Origin: Phoronis australis
Taxonomy: Eukaryota; Animalia; Phoronida
DNA: 64,000 nt
Reading direction: 5' to 3'
NCBI GenBank assembly: GCA_002633005.1
Contig: NMRA01000045.1
Span: forward strand, 923,552-987,551
Positions 40,901-52,900 of the stretch are shown in pieces. Each line of letters starts with the position of its first letter. Position 1 is the first letter of the stretch. The notes under the pieces are model-generated. The model was not told the DNA's origin. It made no database searches and saw nothing but the letters and a program-made list of their open reading frames with translations. The translations under genes were made by a program, and so were the position numbers.

Positions 40901-43900
40901 GATTCCTTTCAATAACCACGTGACACGTGATACACACCACCATGTCCTATGGTGGGTACGGTAACCGCTACGGTGGCTCTAGCCCCATCTACGGCAGTAG
41001 TTCTAGCAACCCTTACAGCAGCAGCTCTGGCACCCCCTACGGCAGTAGCTCAGGGGCCCCCTACGGCAGCACCAGTGGTTACTCCAGTCTGGCCAGTCCT
41101 TCCTACAGCTCGTCCAACCTGGCCTCGAGTCCCTCTTACCTGAGCAGCCCCTCGTACACCTATGGGGGTTCTGCCTTCTCTCCTGGCCCCTATAGCATGC
41201 CACCGGCCAGCCCTAGCTACCACTCGCGCTCTGGCTCCACCAGCAGTCTCTCCAGCATTGGAAGTGCCTCAAGTCTGGCTAGTGTAAGTACTGTACTCTT
41301 TAGACCTCTCTTGAACAATTGGAAAGCAAGGGTAGACTCTCCTTATCTTTTCAAGAAGTTAATATGTGTGCTGTTTTGTATCTATGGCAGGTCAAGTTAG
41401 ACTCTCCTTCATTATATTTGTAACATTGGGCATTCTTTATTTGTATCTGGAGTCCTTGTTGTCGTGGAAAACCACAAATGTTTTGTGGCTAAGTTTTGTG
41501 AGGTGGGTTGGGGTGTTGTGCTGTGGTAACAGTGGATGAAGGCTGATTATTTTGACATTAAGTTAATTAAGATGGCTCATCCAGATAATTTCATTAAGCT
41601 GAAACGTCAAGGTATGCTCATATCAAATATAGGAGAAAAGTTCCATGGTGTATGAGGGTTGGATTGGAAAACAACTGTTTTTTCATGCTATGGTAAAGTC
41701 TCGCCAATTTCGGACAAAAATGATTTCCAAAATCATTTTTTTTCCAAATGCTTCCAGCATTGTTTTCAATACTCACGATTTCTAAGAATCTTTGTTTGAT
41801 GATACGTCATTTATTTGGTGCTACTCATCTCTTAGTGAATATATGGAAAAATGAAATTTCACCCGTTCGTCATATTGCATCTTAAATTGGTAAGATTTTA
41901 CCGTATCTTTTCTCAGATCTACTATCCATGCACGTAAGAGTGGCACAAATTTCCCAGCAAGATTCCTGCATTTCAATTCTGCATTCAATTCTATTGAGCT
42001 AACGCAGTGTCTGACTGGCTACAGTCTGTTTCGAACAATCGTGTTTGGTTATGCGTTTATGCGCCATTTTTGAACCTGCAGTTTTGGGGTGGGCCTTACC
42101 CTTGAAATGTGTTACGTCAGTGGCCCTATGATAGTAAGAAATGTTATGAGACCCATGACAGTAAAAGGCTCAATTCAATTTTCACTTGTTAGCCAGCTAA
42201 ACGGAGTAAAATATAGCATTTATAAGTTGTGTTAGCTTTAGTAAAAATTCTCCAGTTATCACTGTGAAAATTTAAACGTTATGTTATTCAAGGTTGAAAC
42301 TTGCACCAAACTTTAGAAAAAATCAATATTGGCCTTCTCAAATTCAAGAAATACATTAAATGGCAAACGATCATTCACTTCTGTTTTACATACACACTAA
42401 GGGGATGGTTGTAAATGTTGCGCTGGTGGCTACTGTATATTTCACCGATTTTATGAACTGGCAAGTCTAGCTTCAGACTCTGTTGATGCAAAAGGAAGTG
42501 TCCGATATTTGAGAAATATGAGCGCCAAAATCGCCTATGTCCCAACGCTCAGAATCAAGAAAATTCAGTTTCGACTTGAATTTGGGTGTCTCAAAATTAA
42601 AAGACTTTCGCGAACTGGAAAATTTTTACGTCACAATAAGTCAATATTTAGTTGAAGATTTCATCCCTCTCATTGGTCTCTTTTTGTTCTGATACACATG
42701 ACATAAATTGTTTGTCATTTAGAGACAAACAAAACACTGCGAACTTAACCATGCCTCCCCCAGGTCCCAAAGGGCTAGACAATAAAGTGATAACAGCTGA
42801 AGGATAGACTAGAGTTATATCTAGATTTGACTGTCATATGGAATTGAAGGGGAGGGTTTTTGTAGTGTATAACCAGTTAACATATTCATAGGCTGTGTGG
42901 GCAGAGTCATTGCAAAGTTCCCCAGCTTAAATGTCTGCCAGTCAATTATGTTGTGTGTGTTTAGCTGTTTAAGTGAGGTAGGTCTTTTCTCCTTCCTACA
43001 TTAAAACTACTTACTGCACTCCATGGTCCACTAATGGTCAAGGGCTCAGTTCAAGTGCCATTTCACACTTGGAGGGGTTTTTAGAATACTGCCGCCTCAT
43101 AGCTGTTAAGGAAAATCTATAATGCTCTGGCAGGTTCTGTGAAAAATCGAGACATATAGGTCTTGGAATGCTTCAACGTATGAATATGAAAGTATAAGTT
43201 AGAGTGAAAGGGTAGTTGTGACTGTGACTGGCTCGAGGTAAAATCTCTAGAATGAGAGTTGTGACTTGCGGGTATTGAATAGTTAACCAGCTGATAGATG
43301 ATACTGAAATAATTCCAAAGTTTTGGAGTTGAAATATCGTTCGTAAGAAGCCTGCCTAAAGTGAGAGCTCACTATTGGACGAGAGTGTGCGCTCGTTTCA
43401 GAAAACAAATAAAAGGCCTCTATAATTAATATAAAGTAAGCTTACACTATTAAACTTAATTATTTATTTCTGTACCAAATTTACTGTAGTTTCCTCCAAC
43501 AATCTTGTCTTGCATACTTTGTGTACTTCCAAGGTACACCGCTTAGAATCGTTGTTGTTCTAGCCTTGAAACTTAGAGGGTCACATTGGGCGACATCTTG
43601 TATTCCGAAATGAACCACCTATCTTGAAGAATGATAGCACTTGCATACTAAGAGTTATTCATGAAGCCAGTGCTCAGGGTACTCGCAAACATCCACCTTA
43701 TTGAACATACTTATTGTATGAATAGTTGTTATCATGTGAATTATGTCGTAAGCTGAAGCTGTAGTATTTCTACCTGTTGTGTTTAAAATAGCCCTTATTT
43801 CAAAAATTTCTGTGACACAAGTTTGCACTTAATTAGGAACCCAATTCATTGGTCATGGTAAATTCCTGAATTCTGTCTCACCCCCCTAGTTGTAAGTGGA

Positions 43901-46900
43901 CCTAATTTGACACAATAGTCATCAAGTGTTACATGACTATTATTGATTCAGTGATGGTAATACACATTACATTACAAGGTGTGTTCATTGTGTTCAATAT
44001 TGCACTGTAGGTCCCCAGTGCAGACTCAGCACGCATGGTTCACTGCAGGTTGATTCTTGGCAGCTGTTTATGAGTTCAGCTCTTGATAACCAACCTGGTT
44101 GCAGTGTGACGTGAGCTCTTTGATATTAATAATTACATATCGAGCGGAAGCCAGCATACATACAATAGTCGGGCATTATAAACCACTATTGGAAAAACGT
44201 CACAGTGCTTGGAGAGGCAGAAATGTGATAGGATTCGACTGGTTGGTTACTAAAGTATTTCAGTTGGAATTTGTGTAAAAACTGTCGTATACTATGTGGA
44301 AAAGGGATTTACCATACATGACTACGGACTCTGGGTCCACTAAGCTCAAGGTAATGATAACTGTTGATTGTAACCAAGTGCTGTAATCCACTGTGAAATC
44401 TGGCCTCTTTAGCATGTGGTGGAAAGAGTGGATTGCGAGCAAATCATTTTAACTGAGACTGCCTTGGTTGTACTGCTGTGTAGTTTTTTCTTACTTTGTT
44501 TAGTATCACTGATCTTGATTATTGGTCTCGGCTTCTGCCTCAGTTCTTAGTATGATTAGACTACTTAAGAACTGTCTATAAATAGTGTGTTTGCAAACGG
44601 CTCTGCAGGTTTGCGATGTGGGAGACATTATTTTTTTTCGATGGTGTAACCGTTGTGTACGCTATGGTGTGTTGTATGAAGTGTCACTTCAAAACTTGGG
44701 CTGCGTTCTAAAAGGCTTTAGTCCTGCGAGATAGGCAGCTGAGATCATAGGGCATCAGGCTAGTGAAAAGTAGTGTCGTGATCCAACTGATGACTTTACC
44801 TAGCATACACTAACAAAGTGGCAGTAACTGAAAGTGAATGAATGGCAGGATAATGACAAAGTGTTTAATTTTGGGAATAAGTGCCTCGTCAGTTACTATT
44901 TCTGTTGCATAAGCCTTTTAGTCACTTCTTGCTCTCGTCATATCGGTTTTTCTACTTTGAGTTTCGAATCCAGTGAAACGTAGTCGTATGGCATGGGTGA
45001 AATAATTTTTATTATAAAATTTTTACTTTTAGTTTTTGTGGATGGATAGCCTATCTTTCTTTGGTGTCACGTACAGTGTGCCAAACATTAACAGTGGCCC
45101 CGCTATTGTGCGGAAATTGTTATTTTACCCTAGCTCACAATGTAGAAGAGCTTGTCTTGACTCTGTCTCCCCCATTGCTTCAGTGCTTGTACAGGAAGGT
45201 ACCTGGTCAGTACAATAGTCTATTGTGAAGGTCTGAATTCACTTGGATATATTTTGTTGTGGTTAGGCATCTCTTATGTAATTACTACCTTTTCTTGGTA
45301 AAGGACAGAAACCAGTCATTCACAGATTCCAGCACTGCTCAGGATTAGAAAACGCCCCAACTGAACTCATCTTTAATGTGGAAGTTGCAAAACTCTTCTA
45401 TTGTTGACTCAGTTTTCTAAATTTTGTGCACATTGTAGTAGAGTCATACAAGCAAAGAATGATTCACTGCACATATACAGGATTGGCCTCATTTTTAACA
45501 GTAAAACCTGCTGAGCGAGATAATGGCCTGGTACACTAATAGATACTACCAAAGTAATTAACATATTAGGCAGCACTAGATGGCAGATGTGTTGCATTGT
45601 AGGTTAATGCCGAACAAGTGAAGTGGCACCGTTATGTTTTGGGTTGGGTCTGCTGTAATATGGAAGGATTCTAGTGAAGAACATTCACTTTTCTTCTAAC
45701 CTGTATTATTCTGGTTGACCATTTTACAAGTATTTAAAAATTCACATACGCTAAACAGTGTACCTTATCTCGTGAGATTTTTTCCTAAGAATTGTTAAGT
45801 TCATCTTAAGTGCCGTCCACGCACAGACTCACCGTAGAATAAATTACTCCTGGAAGGAGTTGTCAATAGGTTTAGAGGCTGTGTGAAATTGTGAAGTTTA
45901 AGCTATTCCAACTTGCCTTACTTGTGACAACTTACTTGTGACAACTTCACATTATCGAGGTGAGTAACTTGTTCTAGGGTTACGTGCACCACTTGTAATC
46001 ACTTTGTGGCTGCAAAAGTGAAGTAGGACGGAAGTAATTATCAGGTGCGGTTACATACAGACGGGTTTTCTTTTACGCGCCCTACTTGCATTAGGCGTTC
46101 ATTGCTACGCACAGAGCAACAACTTCCTCCTTATAGTTATCGGATATGTGTGTGTGTGTGTGTGTGTGTGTGGACGCTCCACTTACGGTAAAAGTGGGAT
46201 AAGTTGCAATAGTTCAAGTTGTTTTAGGGTAGGCTGTACTGTAAGTGTGTTGGATCTCACACCAACTCATTATCAACGGCAGTAGTAGTATCATGGAGAT
46301 AGTGTTATCTAACCATTGTTTTTGTTAGGGAACATAACTCTCAACACAGTCCCTATACAGGTCAGCTGATAAACTTAGTTTTCAGTGCCTTATCCAACCC
46401 TTGCTGTTCATAGTAGGTGTAAATCATTTTCAGTAACTATGAAGCTAAGAGATGAAATCTTAAAAAGGCATTTTGAGACATGTTTATTACTAAAATGGGC
46501 ATTACTCAGTTTAGAAATGGCTTTGAGCTTTGTACGAACTGACTGTTCCCTATTTCTTTAGACCAAGCTCATGAAATTACACATTGCGACAGAAATTCTA
46601 AGCCGTGTCTTCTGAGGGGCAGTTGACTTGATAATTAGTGCTTCTAATTCAGACTGAGGTATCATTCCACCTGAAAGTTCCGTTATGTCAGCTCCTCTGA
46701 CCCAACCTTCAATCTCGATATTCAAACCTTCATTGCTTAAACCATTCTTTTCTGCGCAGTCACTTCTTTGTCAGCAACATATGGGGCGCTTCATGAGCGA
46801 AACTTATTGCGTTGATACTTTCCAGACATTTTTCGTACTTCTTATGTTAAAAGACATGAGCAAAGATTTCACACTTTCATAGCTAAAAACCAGAAGTCGT

Positions 46901-49900
46901 TTCTCAGAATGTGTTGGAGAGTGCAGTCTGAGACTAACCGGTCTCAGAAATATTGAAGTGGAATTTCTGACCTAAGCCCAAAGCACTTTAATGTGATGTC
47001 AAAAGTCAGTTTCATTTAGAATACTTTTTCATCATTTCATTAGTTATTCTTTATCAACCTGTAGTCTGGGACTATGTGTACTAATGCAGTTAATCTCAGT
47101 TGCTATCTGTATGAATAATGTTGATTTCTCATTATGGAACTCCGTTGCAAGTCTTTCTTATTAAACCTAGATGGCATAGTTGGATTTTGTATTATTGATT
47201 GAATATGTTTGTCGTATATCACGACCTCTAGCCGTAGCCCATCGGAATAGAGATACGGCAAATGTTCTTCAGTTCAGCACACGAGACGGTGATCATGTGC
47301 TGTTTAATTTTGTCAAATTTCTTCAAAATAATGAAAAAAATTGATTTCATCATCAGCAGGATCAATAGCAGTGATCACAAAACAACAATTTTGTTACGAG
47401 AGTTTGAGCATTTTAACAAATGTATCCATTAAATGTTATAAAAATGGAAAATTCCTATTTGACAAATATTTTTGTGCAAAGTTCAGGAGAGATTATCATA
47501 ACCTTTCCCCACTTAAGGTTTTTTTTTCAACTCTGACTTTGAGAGGAGTTGTGATGGCTGTTCTAGTCTAGGAGTTGCGCTTTCCCGCTGATCGGAGCTC
47601 TCTGTAGCACGGGAGTTTTGGTGCTGGTGGGAAAGAGGCATACGATTGCTGCGAATGGAGATATTGGTTGAAACTGCTTTTTCAACAGATCTTGATCACT
47701 GCTGTATGTCAGGCAGTCACTTGCAGGGATCCTGCATTTTAAGAACCAGTTCAATGCCTGTTTTTCAGGGGTGAATACTGGTTCTCAAAATGCAGGAAGC
47801 CTGTAAATGACTATTACTGCATCTCATGAACCACTTGGCATAATTTGTTTGAATTTACAAACATTGATTTTTTTGCTCTGCCTGAAGGGATTGATTATTC
47901 TGTACTGGCTTTTATGTTGTTAATGATAAGTGTATCCAACTTGAAATGCGAGTCGTTCTATAATTGAAATGCAAAGTAAGTAATCTGTGCCTGAGAACTA
48001 GTCTGCTTGTTATGTATCCCAGTCGCTTTAGGGGGGAGGTGTTTTATTCCTCCATGACATATGTACTAAGACTGGTGTTGCAAGTTGCCAGCAGTGTGGT
48101 GTAAAGGTTCTTCAATGCCACTGTAGGTGAGAGGGTAGTCAGTGCATATGTCCGTCATTGACATGCTGGCAACATTACCCAGTGGGTAATTTGTTTGCTG
48201 TGGGAAAATATCCACTGATAATTCATTCTAGAAAGCACTGGTTTTTCAATTCCTTGATTGGGAGAGGCCAATGAGTGCCGGTGTAATTAGGTAGAAAGTA
48301 GCACAATGAATATTCAATATATCATAGATGATGATAGCGTCACATAGATTTAAGAGTCGTTTTAGTACGGTAGGGAAAGCTAGTGCCTTCCTCCTCTATG
48401 AATGAAATGGTCCTACTGCATTAAGTGAGCGTGAATGGTTTTGCCTCGAAAGACTTTGTTTTGTAATTACAAATTGCCTTGGCAGTTTGAGTTATCGCCG
48501 AGGCATTTAAATCAAAAAAGTAATTGTTCTAGTGGTGTGCATTAAATCAAACCCAAGTTACAGTACTTACAAGACAAAAGCAATAGAGACAAAATTTTTC
48601 TCACCTTAAAGGATAATTCTGTTAATAGTAAAAATGACTGGCAATAAATATTAATGTGGCAAAATTTTGATTACAGAGTGGATTAGCTACCTCATTAACT
48701 TAACTGTTAATCTCCCTTCATTATCTCGGTCATGAAAACTGTGAGGATGAATTCAGTTTCTGCCCAGTCGTCGTGATAAGGAACTCCGGGTTTTTTTGTC
48801 TCATTACTTTTGGCATGTATTGTATGGTTGCTTGCAAGTTAAATTTCTTAAAACTCGGGGTTGGTGGGTGTTCAGTTCTATGTGGGCACTAATCCAAACA
48901 AAAACTGTAGCTTATTCTCGTTTCAGATATTTTTGTATTTTCAGTGGTTTCTTAACTTACGTTTCTGTTTTTCTTTGCAGTCTTCGTCGCGTTACAGTGA
49001 TCGCTATGGTGCTGGTGAAAGATCATCGTATAGCGACCGCTACTCATCCACCCGTTCTTCGACACGTGACGCTGACCGGCCGAGCAGTTCCTACAGGTAT
49101 TCCCGCGCCTCTACAACGGCTGCTGCCACAGAGTCGGAGTCGCAAGATTTCAAAAAGGTACGCAGGCTGACAGAAGTGTCTTTATGTTTTACTAGTGCAG
49201 TTTCATAACATAGAAAAAGCTTTTGGACTTATGTAGTTGTTTTTAGCTGAAGAACAAATGGAACAATCAGCACTTGGGTATTCGTTATTATCGATATCGT
49301 GTTATTAACTTCAAATAATTTGTTGTTACTTACGGAAATCACCTGTCAGTGAGTGCTGATAACTCAAACAGTCCCTCACAGTGAAGTTAAGCAGGTCATG
49401 TTAACATTTGGCGGAACTATGAAGTTGACCATCATCACCAAGTGCTCACCTGTTTGTGTTCCCTTAGTGACTAAATCTGTTATTCGCCTTTGCTTGTCTC
49501 CTTATTTCCGCTGGTGACTTGTCCAGTAAAACCTCACCAATTTAGGACAAAATGTGTCGGGAGAAGTGAAATTTTATTTTTTTTTTGTTTTTCCATGAAA
49601 GTAAGAAACTCCGAATTTATGCATTTCCTTGTTCAAGTTTTGTACCATAGCTGTCATCAGACAAAATTCTGAAAATTTTTAGACATTCTCAACAATGTTC
49701 GGAAACTTTGAAAAATGAATAAGGTCGGTTTTGACAATTATTTTGGCAGAGTTTGGTGTTATTTAACCGCTGATGAGGTCAAATTTGATATGAGTGTTAG
49801 CAAAGTATTGGTTGTTTTCTTTTATTGATGTGACCTAACGCTAGAATTGTGTGAATATTCAAGTAAACACACAAACTCTAGTCTGTCTCTGTTTCCAGTT

Positions 49901-52900
49901 ATACGATGAACAAAAAGCCGAGAATGAACGTATAAAGAAAGAGTTAACCAAAGTCCAAAAAGAATACGCCGACTGTAAAACAGAACTAGAAAAAACCAAG
50001 TCAAGCCAAAGTCGATTAGGCAATTCAATGGATCAAAGAGTGAGTGTCATGCCTGCAAATCACCGGGTGGGGGGGTGTCTTTTGCATCTTCATAGACCAC
50101 AGCTTTGCAACTCAATTTCATGTGGAATTCACAGAAGCGGTGCCACTTCCTGGTTAGTGGGCAGACGACTTACCGTGACTAACACCAGGTGGCGCTTATG
50201 AATACTGACTTCACGGCCAATGGTGTTGGTGGTGTCTTGTGCGTACGATCACAGGTTTTGTTCACTGAGGATATACAGAGTTGTCAGTCCACATAGTATA
50301 GTTAACGGTTTAGTGAAAGTGACTTAAAGACTTAAGACAGAAATTTGGTGTTGGGAATCAATAATCAAAACTCACTTTAGCTTATCAACAAAGTATTTGA
50401 GAATATACCCATAACTGCTACTTACTGGGAAAAGTTGTACAAATTCTTTGCAGTCAGTGGTACACTAATAATTACATGACAACGGTTATTTGGTAATTGT
50501 GAAGTGAGAGCATTAGACCAAATTTCAGTCTTGGTCACTGTTCATGAAGCAGACCCCAGCATACATTAGCGACAGTACGAGGTGTTGTATTTGCTTTGTA
50601 TTATCATCTGCTTAATACTCTTGATATCTTCATTTTAGTCATGAAATACAACTACATTGTTGTATCCATTAGACTAAGAGCCACTTAAAATTGAGAATCT
50701 GGGAGTTGTAGTCATGCCGAGTACAACTGAATCAGTGGTGTTGTTGAACTAGAGCTAGGCGTTGAGGCAATGTGAACATTAGTATGAACGGATAAAGTGT
50801 TGTTAGTCAATATGTTTGTAAGGCGGTGCTGTTGTGGCATTTTTGTTGGCAAGATTCTCTGATGGCGGGACAATGTTTTCTGTATGTCTGTGCCATGTCT
50901 AAATGCCATTAGTTTTGCCAGGGTTGTCTAACCCTTCCAAGATTAGACTATTTTGTGTCAATCACAGGTGATATCACAGTTGAGTTCATTTTGATGAAAG
51001 AAATAGCTTGCTTTCATGGCAAATAAAATTTGAAATCGGTTAATCAGGGTATTTCTAGATGTCCATGTTTGACCTAAAGTAAAAAGTAAATTCCCGTTGA
51101 TTTAATGGCAGAAAGTTTGCTTAATATTGAGCTTATTTAATGACAGGTAAATGAGAAAGTAGTGAGTGTTGTTAATCTAATACATTTGTTACTTCAGGAG
51201 AAGAGGACATTAGAACGGAAGATATCTGAAATGGAGGAAGAGCTCAAGGTACGCAATACTGTCAATCTAATGTCACACTTTTTTCATCGCAACCAAACGT
51301 TTTATGACTGATGGTGTTTCGGCTGTTGTTAGGAACATCTTAACGGTCAAGAAAGTTTCGTCTGAAATCTTGTTTTTGTCTGTGAAATTGGTGTTACTTT
51401 GTGTCTCCTCGGCCGCATTACACAGCGACCCTTGGCACTGTTTACCCATAATGCCACAATATCCATCAAACCAGTTTGAAATCTTGTTTTTGTGCCATTG
51501 TAGCTTCTCATATAATGTGTTGGTGTCCTGCATTTTACAAGTTTCACTTTATTGCATTAACTATATACGACATTCCACTGTCAGGTTTTACTGCTGAGCT
51601 GTAGGCCACAACTCTGATGGCAGAAAGTTTGATAAACAATTCGTGAATGCATGTTTTCCAACGTGATGCCCAGAATCACTCCGACATTTTCAAAGTGAGA
51701 GCGCTTTCTCACCTCTGGACAAAAGAGAGTCCAATGGGTAACGGTCGTATTATGGCTTACTATGACTGGGTTTGACTAGCCTACGTTACTCTTGGTAAAC
51801 ACATTGAAACAATTCCTTTGCTTTTTCTCAAAGTTACTCTTGCCAATGGATTAAATGTTCGATAAAATCTCACTCCTGTCTCCAGTATAGTGGGAATGTT
51901 TTATTTTGTTGTGAAATGAATCAGAAAGTACCATAGTGTATAATGTAATATAAAAGCCAGTAAGCAAAAGTTAAAAATTTGAGGTCAGAATTCACTTCAG
52001 AGTTTTAACATGTTGTTTTTGACATAGCTTAACATTTGTCCCCACTTTTGAAAAGGCGTGAGCATCATCAATACATATATGTATGTTTGAAAAACATTTC
52101 TAGATGTATTGCTTTAAGGGCGTGAATTGGACTGTTAGCTGATCTGTTGCTTGTCTTGTGCAGGATATATAGTTCTTAAGACTTAGTGGCACTGCCATTA
52201 ATACAGATTCTGTTACTGGCAAATTTTCTTAAAGACCGACACAGGGCCAGTTGAGTCGTGTCAGAAGCATAGATCTCAAAACTGCAATAAATCAAAATTT
52301 AGGTGTCAAATCGAGGCCTGCAAGCAATTGGTGAACTCCACTGCATGCCACGGTTAACAGAAGTTCCCGGGTTTGAGTCCCATCGGGGCAGAATTTTTTC
52401 AGACTTATGTTCATTAGGTCACGTGATGTGGCCAACAGGTGGCATGCAGACCATACATGAAATTTTTGTGATCTATATTTCTACGCCGATTCAAGATTTA
52501 CATATTTATGTACACTCAGAAGTTTATGGGCTGAATGCCTTCTAGATTTCTGTGTTCAACTAGTGGTCCCGATCACTCAGTGGCCTTGATTGTTCTCACG
52601 GTTAGCAGGTCTCGGGTTCAAGTCCCGGTTGGGGGAGAAATCTTTTCAGGTCACGTGATGTGGCCAACAGGTGGCGTGCAGACCAGACAAAAAGGTTCGT
52701 GATGGACCTGTTTTATTGGCAGTGGAACTGATATATTACATATGCTTGCTACATGAGCAGATTTTTAATGGTCATGATGGCCCTAAGGATTATCAATGTC
52801 AGTTGACAGTTTCCATGATATAAATTTTTACTAAAGCTTATTGAAGTAATTGTCTAAATGCTGCACGTGCCTCTGTGATATTGCAAGTAGCTAGGAGCTC

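Noticed and set aside
41080-41225. SPSY repeats as an RNA polymerase II CTD fragment
   Set aside because: No true YSPTSPS heptad periodicity, and the exon splices in phase to MYPT exons.
52563-52640. tRNA gene
   Set aside because: It has a B-box-like motif but no complete cloverleaf, and shares a downstream body with an adjacent copy, so SINE-like.
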